Position numbers and translations under genes: made by a program
Notes under the pieces: model-generated
Database searches by the model: none
Told to the model about the DNA's origin: nothing
The model's input: only the letters and a program-made list of their open reading frames with translations
Part shown: positions 37,399-46,438 of the stretch, piece after piece
Layout: each line of letters opens with the position of its first letter
Numbering within the stretch: the first letter of the stretch is position 1
Assembly: GCA_963845515.1 (NCBI GenBank)
Contig: CAWJSR010000026.1
Coordinates: 64,001 to 128,000 of the forward strand
Length of the DNA stretch: 64,000 nt
Reading direction: 5' to 3'
From: an uncultured delta proteobacterium
GTDB taxonomy: Bacteria > Myxococcota > Myxococcia > Myxococcales > Anaeromyxobacteraceae

Positions 37399-37459
37399 CG
37401 GCGCGTTTTATGCGCGCATCGGATGCCGCCAAATGACCCGGAGCACGCAACCCGTGCGC
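37399..37459. promoter_or_regulatory. shared palindromic motif between divergent nhaD and MHS transporter genes
   Basis: GCGCG-TTTTA-TGCGCGCA-TCGGA-TGCCG (37401-37428) and ACGCA-ACCCG-TGCGC (37445-37459); also GG(37400)-N10-GC. Confidence 0.5.
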
Positions 37460-37550
37460 GGTCGTTGCCTTCCGTGAGGGGGGTATGCTACCGCCTTGGG
37501 GACCCCCGAGCGCGGCGCTGCGCCGCGCCCCGTCCCCCGTGAGGATTCAG

Positions 37551-39230
37551 TTGGCACTGGAACGCCCCCCTGCCTCGAACGATGGCGTCGCCAGCAAGGG
37601 AATGAGCCGCGAGGAGCGGAGGGTCATCGTCGCGTCGTCCCTGGGGACGGTCTTCGAGTGGTACGACTTCTACCTCTACGGCTCGCTCTCCACGATCATC
37701 GGCAGGCAGTTCTTCTCGGCGCTCAACGAGACCAGCCAGTTCATCTTCGCGCTGCTCGCCTTCGCCGCCGGCTTCGCGGTCCGCCCCTTCGGTGCCCTCG
37801 TCTTCGGCCGCCTCGGGGACCTGATCGGCCGCAAGTACACCTTCCTCCTAACCATCCTCATAATGGGCTGCTCGACGGCCATCGTCGGCATCCTGCCCAA
37901 CTATGCGGCCATCGGCATCGCGGCACCCACCATCCTCATAGTCCTGCGCATGCTGCAGGGGCTCGCCCTCGGCGGGGAGTACGGCGGCGCGGCCACCTAC
38001 GTGGCCGAACACGCGCCGCACGGCAAGCGGGGGCTCTTCACGAGCTGGATCCAGACGACGGCCACGGCCGGCCTCTTCCTCTCGCTCCTCGTGATCCTCC
38101 TCTGCCGCTACGCGCTCGGCCCCAGGTTCGACGTCTGGGGCTGGCGCATCCCGTTCCTCCTGTCGATCGTCCTGCTCGCGGTCTCGGTCTACATCCGGCT
38201 GCAGCTCCACGAGTCGCCGGTCTTCCGCCGGATGAAGGCCGAGGGGAAGGGCTCGAGGGCCCCGCTCACCGAGTCCTTCCTCCGCTGGGACAACCTCCAG
38301 ATCGTCGTCCTGGTGCTGCTCGGCGGCACCGCCGGCCAGGCGGTGGTCTGGTACACGGGGATGTTCTACGAGCTCTTCTTCCTTACGCAGACCCTGAAGG
38401 TGGAGCCGAACGCGGCCAACCTCATGGTCGCGGGCTCGCTCATCCTCGCCTCGCCGTTCTTCGTCGTGTTCGGCGCCCTCTCCGACATGATCGGGAGGAA
38501 GCGGATCATCATGTTCGGCTGCCTGATCGCGGCCCTCACGTACATCCCCATCTTCAAGACGCTCACCGGCGCGGCCAACCCGGCGCTCGACGCCGCCCAG
38601 CGGAGCAGCCCGGCGATCGTCGCCGCCGATCCGGAGGAGTGCAGCTTCCAGTTCAACCCTGTCGGCACGGCGAAGTTCACGAGCTCCTGTGACGTCGCAA
38701 AGAGCTCGCTCGCCAGGCACGCGGTCCCCTACGAGAACGAGGTCGCGCCGGCGGGGACGCCCGCAGTGATCCGGATCGGCGCCACGACCCTCACCGCGTA
38801 CGACGCCAGGAACGTCCCACGCGAGGAGCTGGGCGCCACCCGCGCCGCGTTCGAGCAGGGGGTCTCCGCGGCGCTGACCGCGGCGGGCTACCCGGCGAAG
38901 GCGGACATGAAGGCGATGAACGTGCCGCTCGTCATGTTCCTCCTCTGGCTCCTCGCGCTCTACGTGGCGCTGGTGTACGGGCCGATCGCCGCCTGGCTCG
39001 TCGAGCTCTTCCCGGCGCGCATCCGCTACTCGTCGGTCTCGCTCCCGTACCACATCGGCAACGGCTGGTTCGGCGGCTTCCTCCCGACCATCTCGTTCGC
39101 GATCGTGGCGGCGACCGGCGACATCTACGCGGGCCTCTGGTACCCGATCACCGTCGCGCTCATGACCTTCGTGCTCGGCTCGCTCTTCATGCCCGAGACG
39201 AAGGACCGCGACATCCGCCACGAGGCGTAG
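37551..39230 (+). CDS. MFS metabolite:H+ symporter (MHS family)
   Basis: ASSLGTVFEWYDFY, FAVRPFGALVFGRLGDLIGRK, QGLALGGEYGGA, WGWRIPF, ELFPARIRY; start TTG 37551 (GAGGA RBS) or ATG 37602. Confidence 0.92.
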   Translation: MALERPPASNDGVASKGMSREERRVIVASSLGTVFEWYDFYLYGSLSTIIGRQFFSALNETSQFIFALLAFAAGFAVRPFGALVFGRLGDLIGRKYTFLLTILIMGCSTAIVGILPNYAAIGIAAPTILIVLRMLQGLALGGEYGGAATYVAEHAPHGKRGLFTSWIQTTATAGLFLSLLVILLCRYALGPRFDVWGWRIPFLLSIVLLAVSVYIRLQLHESPVFRRMKAEGKGSRAPLTESFLRWDNLQIVVLVLLGGTAGQAVVWYTGMFYELFFLTQTLKVEPNAANLMVAGSLILASPFFVVFGALSDMIGRKRIIMFGCLIAALTYIPIFKTLTGAANPALDAAQRSSPAIVAADPEECSFQFNPVGTAKFTSSCDVAKSSLARHAVPYENEVAPAGTPAVIRIGATTLTAYDARNVPREELGATRAAFEQGVSAALTAAGYPAKADMKAMNVPLVMFLLWLLALYVALVYGPIAAWLVELFPARIRYSSVSLPYHIGNGWFGGFLPTISFAIVAATGDIYAGLWYPITVALMTFVLGSLFMPETKDRDIRHEA

Positions 39231-39244
39231 CGGCTCGCGGCGCG

Positions 39245-40699
39245 TCAGCCGCCGGTCCGCGACCGCACGACCGTGACGGTGCAGGGGGCCTCGGCGACCA
39301 CCCTGGGCGCGACCGCGCCGGACGTCCTGAAGAACGAGAGGGGGTCCTCCGCGACGCGGGCCGAGACCCCACCGAGCATCCCGCGCAGCGCCACGCCGCG
39401 CGGCGGCGCGCCGATGACGATGTGGTCCACCTGGTTGGCCCGCGCGTAGGCGACGAGCGCGGCGGCCGGGTCGCCGGACTCCACGACGTGGAAGGAGACC
39501 TGCCCCGCGCCGAGCCGGAGCGGCTCCGCCCAGTGGTGGAGCTGGACGAGGTGGCGGATCCGCTGCCGCGCCGCGGTCTCCTCCTCCTTGCTGCCGCCCA
39601 GCTCCGGCGTCGGCCTCACGACCGTGACGACCGCGAGGCGGACGTGCTCCCCGGCCGCCATGACTCGCCGAACCGCCTCGCGCAGTGCCTGCCCCCGCGC
39701 GCCGTCCGCGTGGCTGGAGGCGACCGCGACGAGCACGATGGGCGCCCTCGAGACGGCCGCCGAAGGGCGCGCGATCTCGGGGGGCTCGTAGCCGACCGCC
39801 CGGAACCAGCGGCGCAGGACGGCCACCGCGCCTGGCGCCCTGAGCTGCCTCCCGCGGTCGCCGACGGCCACCTGCTCCGGGTGCGCGAGGTCGAACGCGA
39901 CCAGCGCGGCCGACGGGTAGCGATCGCGGGCGTCCACCTCGAGGCAGTGGAGGATCACCTCCTGCAGCCACTCCGGGACGGCGTCGACGACGGCGCGCGG
40001 CGGGAGTGGCGGGCGCCAGAGCCGCGCGCGCAGCCCCCGCTCCGAGGTGGGCTTGCCGAACGGGAACACGCCGGTCGCCAGCTCGTAGAGGATCACCCCG
40101 AGCGAGAAGACGTCGCTGCGGGGGTCGGACCGGACGCCGGTGATCTGCTCGGGCGACATGTACGGCGCCGAGCCGATGGGCCTCCTGACCTCCTCGGTGA
40201 GGAGATCGGGGAAGCTGCCGTGGTGCGCGAGGCCGAAGTCCACCAGGACCGCCTCGCCGTCTGGACGGATGATGACGTTGCCCGGCTTGAGGTCGAGGTG
40301 GATGGCGTCCTGGAGGTGGATGGCGTGGATCGCGTTGGCGAGCGCCACCCCGATCCGCGCCACCTCGTCGGCCGGGAGCGGCGCGCGCTCCACCCACTCC
40401 TCGAGCGACCTGCCCTCCACCAGCTCCATCACGAGGTAGGGCACCCTGGAGAGGTCGCCCCTGGCCACGAAGCGCGGGACGTGCGGCCCGTGCAGCGCCT
40501 CGAGCACCATCTGCTCCACCTCGAAGGAGATGAAGCCGCTGGCCGGCTCGCCGTGGCCGAGCCGCGGCACCTTCATCAGGAGCGGGGGGCCTGGGGGCGG
40601 CCCCGAGACGCGGTAGAGGACGGCCATCCCGCCCGAGTGGACCTGCGCCTCGATCCGGAAGCCATCGAGCGTCGCGCCGACCTCTGGACTCCCGGCCAT
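39245..40699 (-). CDS. Ser/Thr protein kinase fused to a C-terminal universal stress (USP) domain
   Basis: HSGGMA, LMKVP, IHLDLKPGNV, DFGLA, YMSPEQ, SDVFSLG; USP motifs GDPAAALVAYA..VDHIVIGA..VVAEAPCTVTVV. Confidence 0.92.
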   Translation of the reverse strand: MAGSPEVGATLDGFRIEAQVHSGGMAVLYRVSGPPPGPPLLMKVPRLGHGEPASGFISFEVEQMVLEALHGPHVPRFVARGDLSRVPYLVMELVEGRSLEEWVERAPLPADEVARIGVALANAIHAIHLQDAIHLDLKPGNVIIRPDGEAVLVDFGLAHHGSFPDLLTEEVRRPIGSAPYMSPEQITGVRSDPRSDVFSLGVILYELATGVFPFGKPTSERGLRARLWRPPLPPRAVVDAVPEWLQEVILHCLEVDARDRYPSAALVAFDLAHPEQVAVGDRGRQLRAPGAVAVLRRWFRAVGYEPPEIARPSAAVSRAPIVLVAVASSHADGARGQALREAVRRVMAAGEHVRLAVVTVVRPTPELGGSKEEETAARQRIRHLVQLHHWAEPLRLGAGQVSFHVVESGDPAAALVAYARANQVDHIVIGAPPRGVALRGMLGGVSARVAEDPLSFFRTSGAVAPRVVAEAPCTVTVVRSRTGG

Positions 40700-40701
40700 G
40701 C

Positions 40702-41448
40702 TCACTCCCCCCGCTCGAGCCGGGCCGCGAGGAACTCCGGGAGGCCGGCGGCGCGGATCTTCGCCGCCGCCGAGCGCCAGTCGTAAGGGACCCTGTGGAA
40801 GGTGAGCGTGTGCCGGTCGAGGTCGAGCATCGCCCAGGAGGCGGCGGTGTCGTGATCGCGTGGCTGCCCGACCGAGCCGACGATCACGAGCCACCGACGG
40901 TGGGGGCTCACCGGGATCGCCCTCCCGGGAACGGGCGTAAACGGCGCGGGGCGCTCGGCGGCGCTGGTGTAGAAAAGGGTCGGCTCGTGGACGTGACCGG
41001 AGACGACGTAGCGTGCGCCGCCGGCCGCAGCGAGCGAACGCGCGGCCAGGTACTCGTCGCTGACGTACGTCCAGCGGTCCGGCAGCTCGGCGCTCGCGTG
41101 GACGTAGAGCACCTCCCCGTCGCGGACCGAGAGCGGCAGCCCTCCCAGGAAGGCCAGCTGGCGCGCGTCCAACTGCGCCCGGGTCCACCCGATCGCCGCG
41201 GCCGCCTCGTCGCGCATCCCGTCGGCGACGCCGCTCACCACGGCGGCGTCGTGATTCCCGAGGACAACGACCGCGCCGCGCGCGGCTTGCGCCGCCACGA
41301 GGTCCAGCACCGCGCCCGGCTCCGCGCCGTAGCCGACGAGGTCGCCGAGGTACGCGAAACGGTCGGCGCCGTGCGCCTCCGCCTGCTCGAGGCAGGCGGT
41401 CAGCGCGCCGAGGTTCGAGTGGATGTCCGCGAAGAGGGCGACTCGCAT
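40702..41448 (-). CDS. metallophosphoesterase (calcineurin-like)
   Basis: ADIHSN, GDLVGYG, LGNHD, GHVH, GSVGQPRD; stop 2 nt before the kinase start. Confidence 0.92.
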   Translation of the reverse strand: MRVALFADIHSNLGALTACLEQAEAHGADRFAYLGDLVGYGAEPGAVLDLVAAQAARGAVVVLGNHDAAVVSGVADGMRDEAAAAIGWTRAQLDARQLAFLGGLPLSVRDGEVLYVHASAELPDRWTYVSDEYLAARSLAAAGGARYVVSGHVHEPTLFYTSAAERPAPFTPVPGRAIPVSPHRRWLVIVGSVGQPRDHDTAASWAMLDLDRHTLTFHRVPYDWRSAAAKIRAAGLPEFLAARLERGE

Positions 41449-41565
41449 CGGGGTGGAGAGCGTGGGTTGGCGGCGAGCATAGACCGGCCGCGCTCGCGCT
41501 GCGCCTATATAGAGGTAGGTACTCTGTCTCGGGTGCGACATCTGGCCCAGCGATCCCTTGCGTCG

Positions 41566-41595
41566 TGGCGCGCGCATTGCGCGCATTTCGTGCGT
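41566..41595. promoter_or_regulatory. shared palindromic motif / sigma54-like promoter between the phosphoesterase-kinase and DUF485-actP operons
   Basis: TG-GCGCG.. reads GCGCG-CGCAT-TGCGCGCA-TTTCG-TGCGT; also TGGCGC-N5-TTGC on +. Confidence 0.55.
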
Positions 41596-41770
41596 ATCGC
41601 CGGGTACGTTTCACTTTCAGCGTGGCGCTACCGTCCTCCACCGGGCTGAACGCACAAATTTTCGCGTTTACTCCTTCTCAGCACGCAAACCCGCGTGCTA
41701 AACATTCGCACGATTTACGATGGGCCCCAATGAAACAAGGGGGCGCGGTTCACCGACACGGAGGCAGCAC

Positions 41771-42109
41771 ATGGCGAACGCAGCGATCAAGGCGGATCAC
41801 GGTGGCAAGCAGACCGCGAAGGAGCTTCTGGACTCACCCGAGTTCAAGGCCCTCGTCTCGACCCGCATGCGGGTCAGCGTCACGCTCCTCACCCTCCTCT
41901 TCGTTTCCTACTACGGCTACATCCTCGTCGTCGCGACGGCGAAGGACTTCGTCAACCAGAAGATCGGCGAGGGGGCGACCACCCTCTCCATCCCGCTGGG
42001 CATCGCCGCGATCGTGATCGCGTTCGTGCTCACGGCGATCTACGTCTCCTGGGCCAACAAGTCCTACGACCCCGAGGTCGAGCGGCTCAAGGGCATGCTG
42101 AAGCACTAG
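41771..42109 (+). CDS. DUF485 (YjcH-like) small membrane protein
   Basis: LLDSPEFKALV, YYGYILVVA, LTAIYVSWANKSYDPEV; RBS GGAGG; precedes actP. Confidence 0.92.
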   Translation: MANAAIKADHGGKQTAKELLDSPEFKALVSTRMRVSVTLLTLLFVSYYGYILVVATAKDFVNQKIGEGATTLSIPLGIAAIVIAFVLTAIYVSWANKSYDPEVERLKGMLKH

Positions 42110-42148
42110 CTCGCCCCCTCCCACGACCTCTACCCCGGAGAGACCCTG

Positions 42149-43744
42149 ATGCTTCGCACTGACGCGATCCTGAATTTCCTCCTCGGCCAGGCAGCACCGG
42201 CCGTCACCGAGACCAGCCTCGGCAAGCCTACGCTCCCCGCCGTCGGCTTCTTCTTCCTCATCGTCGCGGTGACCCTCGTCATCACCTACTGGGCCGCCCG
42301 CAAGACCAAGACCTCCAGCGAGTTCTACGCCGCCGGCCGCAGCGTCTCGGCGCTCCAGAACGGCTTCGCGCTCGCCGGCGACTACATGTCGGCCGCCTCG
42401 TTCCTCGGCATCTCGGGCATGGTCGCCCTGTCCGGGTACGACGGCATGATCTACGCGACCGGCTGGCTCGTCGGCTGGCCGGCGCTCATGTTCCTCGTCG
42501 CCGAGCCGCTCCGCAACCTCGGCAAGTTCACGTTCGCCGACGTGGTCGCGTTCCGGCTGAAGAACAAGCCGGTCCGCATCGCCGCGGCGATCGGCTCGAT
42601 CATGACGGTGCTCTTCTACACGATCGCGCAGATGGTCGGCTCCGGCCAGCTCATCTCGCTCATGTTCGGCCTCAAGTACGAGTACGCCGAGCTGATCGTC
42701 GGCTGCGTCATGCTCGCCTACGTGCTCTTCGGCGGCATGCTCGCCACGACGTGGGTCCAGATCATCAAGGCGGCCCTCCTGCTCTTCGGCGTCACCGTCC
42801 TGACCGGCATGGTCTTCAACCGGTTCGGCTGGAGCCCGGGGACGATCTACGCAGAGGTGGTCGCGAAGTACGGCGAGGCTGCGCTGCAGCCTGGCGGCCA
42901 GGTCGCGAACCCCGTCGAGGCGGTCTCGCTCGGCCTCGCGCTCATGTTCGGCCTCCTCGGCCTGCCGCACATCCTGATGCGCTTCTACACTGTGCCGGAC
43001 GCCAAGGCCGCCCGTAAGTCGGTGCTCTACGCGACCGGCCTCATCGGCTACTTCTACCTGATCATCCCGATCGTCGGCTTCGGCGCCTCGCTGCTCGTCG
43101 GCCGTGACTTCATCAAGTCGATGGCCGGTGGCGGCAACATGGCCGCTCCGCTCCTCGCCGAGTTCCTCGGCGGCAAGCCGTTCCTCGGCTTCATCTCCGC
43201 GGTCGCCTTCGCCACCATCCTCGCGGTCGTCGCCGGGCTCACGCTCGCCGGTGCCTCCGCGTACTCGCACGACATCTACGTGTCCGTCATCAAGAAGGGG
43301 CACGCCAGCGAGGAGGAGCAGGTCAAGGCCGCCAAGATCGCGACGATCGTCTTCGGCGTCTTCGCCGTCGGCCTCGGCATCCTCTTCAAGGGCCAGAACG
43401 TCGCCTTCATGGTCGGCCTCGCCTTCGCGATCGCGGCCTCCGCCAACTTCCCGGCGCTGCTCATGTCGATCGTCTGGAAGAAGTTCACGACCCAGGGCGC
43501 GGTCTGGTCGATCCTCATCGGCGCGTTCAGCTCCGTCGCGATGATCACCCTCTCGAAGACGGTCTGGGTGGACGTGTTCCACAACCCGGCCGCCCTCTTC
43601 CCGATGAAGAACCCGGCGATCTTCTCGATGACCGGCGCCTTCGCGGTCGGCATCATCGTGTCGCTCGTCGCCCCCGAGCAGGAGGCGCAGGACAAGTTCG
43701 AGGACGAGAAGATCCGCACCTACCTCGGCATCGGCGCCGAGTAG
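42149..43744 (+). CDS. actP: cation/acetate symporter ActP
   Basis: NGFALAGDYMSAASFLG, AEPLRNLGKFTFADV, FGGMLATTWVQIIKA, GLPHILMRFYTV, AVAFATILAVVAGL, QNVAFMVGLAFAIAASANFP. Confidence 0.93.
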   Translation: MLRTDAILNFLLGQAAPAVTETSLGKPTLPAVGFFFLIVAVTLVITYWAARKTKTSSEFYAAGRSVSALQNGFALAGDYMSAASFLGISGMVALSGYDGMIYATGWLVGWPALMFLVAEPLRNLGKFTFADVVAFRLKNKPVRIAAAIGSIMTVLFYTIAQMVGSGQLISLMFGLKYEYAELIVGCVMLAYVLFGGMLATTWVQIIKAALLLFGVTVLTGMVFNRFGWSPGTIYAEVVAKYGEAALQPGGQVANPVEAVSLGLALMFGLLGLPHILMRFYTVPDAKAARKSVLYATGLIGYFYLIIPIVGFGASLLVGRDFIKSMAGGGNMAAPLLAEFLGGKPFLGFISAVAFATILAVVAGLTLAGASAYSHDIYVSVIKKGHASEEEQVKAAKIATIVFGVFAVGLGILFKGQNVAFMVGLAFAIAASANFPALLMSIVWKKFTTQGAVWSILIGAFSSVAMITLSKTVWVDVFHNPAALFPMKNPAIFSMTGAFAVGIIVSLVAPEQEAQDKFEDEKIRTYLGIGAE

Positions 43745-43769
43745 CAACACGGACTCACAGAGTTGATCG

Positions 43770-43801
43770 GGCGGCGGGCCTCCTGGCCCGCCGCCTTTTT
43801 T
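43770..43801 (+). terminator. intrinsic terminator of actP
   Basis: GGCGGCGGGCC-tcct-GGCCCGCCGCC followed by TTTTTT. Confidence 0.88.
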
Positions 43802-44843
43802 ACGGCGAAAGCTCCGGGACGTAGCGCGACAGTATCGCCTGCAGCTCGGCCAGGTCCGGCCTGCGCGAGAAGGCCTCGCGGACGTACCGGAGCGACGCGG
43901 GGATGGAGCGCAGGAAGTCCGGGTTCCTGCGCACCCTGTCGATGAAGACGAAGCGCCCCGCGTCCTTGAGCTTCCGCTGGACGGTGAGCAGGTCGAAGAC
44001 GGCGCGGAAGGGCTCGTAGTCGAGCCGCGGCCCGCCCTCGGCGGCGAGCCGGTCGAGGTAGCGGCGCAGCATCCGGTCGACCAGCGCCGCCGGGAGCTCG
44101 ACGTAGCTGTCCCGCAGGAGCGCCACCAGGTCGTACTGGCGCGGGCCGAGGAGCGCGTCCTGGAAGTCGATCACCGCCTGCCCCCCGCCCGGCAGGATCA
44201 TGAGGTTCCGCGACTGGTAGTCGCGGTGGGTGAAGCCCTTCGGCTCCGCGTCCAGCGCGCGGGAGATCACCTCGAAGTGGCGGTCGATCGCCGCCCGCTC
44301 CCCGGTGGTCAGGGTCGCCCCCTTCCACTCCTCCAGGAGCCACTCCCTGAAGTGGTTCAGCTCCCAGAGGTAGAGCTCGTGGTCGAAGGCGCGCGTGAAC
44401 GCGACCGACTGCCCCGGGCTGGCCTCGGCGTGCGCCCGGAGCCGCGCGAGCTGGTCGATCGCCGCTGCGTAGAGCGGCTCGGGCGGGTCGCCGGCGAGGA
44501 GCCGCGTCTCGAGCATCTCGTCGCCGAGGTCCTCCAGCACCATGAGCCGGTCGGCCTCGAAGTGGGCGCGTATGGCGGGCACCCGGACGCCGATCCGCTC
44601 GAGGTAGCGCTGCACGTCCACGAACGGGTTCACCGGCGGCGGCCCGCCGCTGGTGACCTCCTCCGGGCGCGCGTCCTCCGGCAGCACCATGACCACCAGC
44701 GAGGCGGGCGGCGCCCCGACGCGCCAGTAGCTCCGCATCGAGGCGTGCCCCGCCAGGCGCCGGACCGGCCACGTCGACGCGTCCTGCCCGGTGACCCGCG
44801 CGACCGCCGATCGCACCATCGCCTCGGTCTGGTCCCCGCTCAT
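43800..44843 (-). CDS. aminoglycoside-phosphotransferase-like kinase, AmgK (MurNAc/GlcNAc kinase)-like
   Basis: LAGHASMRSYWR, LEDLGD, THRDYQSRNLM, IDFQDALLGP..YDLVALLRDSY, VQRKLKDAGRF. Confidence 0.88.
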   Translation of the reverse strand: MSGDQTEAMVRSAVARVTGQDASTWPVRRLAGHASMRSYWRVGAPPASLVVMVLPEDARPEEVTSGGPPPVNPFVDVQRYLERIGVRVPAIRAHFEADRLMVLEDLGDEMLETRLLAGDPPEPLYAAAIDQLARLRAHAEASPGQSVAFTRAFDHELYLWELNHFREWLLEEWKGATLTTGERAAIDRHFEVISRALDAEPKGFTHRDYQSRNLMILPGGGQAVIDFQDALLGPRQYDLVALLRDSYVELPAALVDRMLRRYLDRLAAEGGPRLDYEPFRAVFDLLTVQRKLKDAGRFVFIDRVRRNPDFLRSIPASLRYVREAFSRRPDLAELQAILSRYVPELSP

Positions 44844-44944
44844 GCTCGCCCGCCTTCCTTTCGTGGGCCGTTCGTTGACACCCCTCGAAACGGCGCCCTA
44901 TAAGGCCCTGTCTGCCCTCGCCCCGCCCTCTTTCGGAGCGCCCC

Positions 44945-46324
44945 ATGAGCTACCACGAGAACGTCCTCGCCGCGATCGGGCACACCCCGCTCGTCCGGCT
45001 CAACAAGGTGGTCGATCCGGGGGACGCCACCGTCCTCGCCAAGCTGGAGTTCATGAACCCCGGCGGCTCGATCAAGGACCGCATGGCGGTCCACATCATC
45101 GAGAAGGCCGAGAAGGCAGGGCTGCTGCGCCCCGGCGGCACCATCGTCGAGAACACCAGCGGCAACACCGGCGTCGGCGTCGCCATCGCCGCGGCGGTCA
45201 AGGGCTACAAGTGCATCTTCACGATGCCCGACAAGATGTCGCGGGAGAAGCAGGAGACGCTCAAGGCCTTCGGCGCCCAGGTGGTGGTGACGCCGACCAA
45301 CGTCCCGGCCGACTCCCCCCAGAGCTACTACTCGGTGGCCAAGCGGATCGCCGCCGACACGCCCAACAGCTTCTACGTGAACCAGTACTTCAACCGGGAC
45401 AACGTCGAGGCCCACTACCAGCTCACCGCGCCCGAGATCTGGGAGCAGACCGGCGGGAAGTTCGACGCCTTCGTCGCCGGGCTCGGCACCGGCGGCACGA
45501 TGAGCGGCTGCGGCAAGTTCTTCAAGGAGAAGAACCCGAAGCTCCTGAACGTCGGCGTCGACCCGATCGGCTCCGTCTACCACTCGGCGTTCAAGACCGG
45601 GAAGCTGGGCCAGCCGCACATCTACAAGGTGGAGGGGATCGGCGAGGACCTGCTCTGCGGGACGATGGACCTCTCGGTGCTCGACGACGTCCGGCAGGTC
45701 ACGGACGCCCAGTCCTTCGCGATGGCCCGCCGGCTCGCTCGCGAGGAGGGGATCTTCGCCGGCGGCTCCTCGGGGGCGGCGGTCCACGTCGCGGCCGCGC
45801 TCGCGAAGGAGCTGGGCAAGGGGAAGACCATCGTGGTGCCGCTCCCCGACACCGGCCGCGCGTACGTCTCGCGGTTCTTCTCGGACGAGTGGATGCGGGA
45901 CAACGGCTTCCCGACCGGCACCGGCGGCGAGGTGATCTCGGCGACCGTGAAGGACGTGCTCGGGTCGCGCCGCGGCAAGATCGTCACCGCGCGGAAGACG
46001 GACAAGGTCGAGGCGGTGGTCCGGCAGCTCAAGGAGCACGACATCTCGCAGATGCCCGTGGTGGACGCCGACGGCCGCGCCATCGGGATGATCCACGAGT
46101 ACGACCTGCTCCAGTTCCTCATCGAGGGGAAGCACCGGCTCTCCGAGGTCGTGGAGCCGCTCGTCCAGCCGCTCCAGGGCGTCGTCGAGCTCGACACGCC
46201 CATCACGCGGCTCCGCCAGATCTTCGACGACGACAACGTCGCCATCGTGAAGGAGGGCGACCGCATCACCGGCATCATCACCAAGATCGACCTCATCGCC
46301 TTCGTCGGCGAGCGGCTCCGCTGA
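44945..46324 (+). CDS. cystathionine beta-synthase with C-terminal CBS pair
   Basis: KLEFMNPGGSIKDR, ENTSGNTG, GLGTGGT, YKVEGIGED, GGSSGAA; C-terminal ISQMPVVD...GIITKIDLI. Confidence 0.92.
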   Translation: MSYHENVLAAIGHTPLVRLNKVVDPGDATVLAKLEFMNPGGSIKDRMAVHIIEKAEKAGLLRPGGTIVENTSGNTGVGVAIAAAVKGYKCIFTMPDKMSREKQETLKAFGAQVVVTPTNVPADSPQSYYSVAKRIAADTPNSFYVNQYFNRDNVEAHYQLTAPEIWEQTGGKFDAFVAGLGTGGTMSGCGKFFKEKNPKLLNVGVDPIGSVYHSAFKTGKLGQPHIYKVEGIGEDLLCGTMDLSVLDDVRQVTDAQSFAMARRLAREEGIFAGGSSGAAVHVAAALAKELGKGKTIVVPLPDTGRAYVSRFFSDEWMRDNGFPTGTGGEVISATVKDVLGSRRGKIVTARKTDKVEAVVRQLKEHDISQMPVVDADGRAIGMIHEYDLLQFLIEGKHRLSEVVEPLVQPLQGVVELDTPITRLRQIFDDDNVAIVKEGDRITGIITKIDLIAFVGERLR

Positions 46325-46327
46325 TCT

Positions 46328-46412
46328 CCACGGGGCGTGCCGCCCCGCCCCGCCGGCGAAGCCGTCGGGGTCCCCACCCCTGACTGCGCGCCGACTGCGG
46401 CGCGGGCGCGGC
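46328..46412. repeat. ~85-bp three-hairpin dispersed repeat, family B copy 1
   Basis: Matches 55126-55209 with 3 substitutions plus one ACT/CC difference. Confidence 0.88.
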
Positions 46413-46438
46413 ATGGGCCGCGCCGAAGGGCCGTCTCC

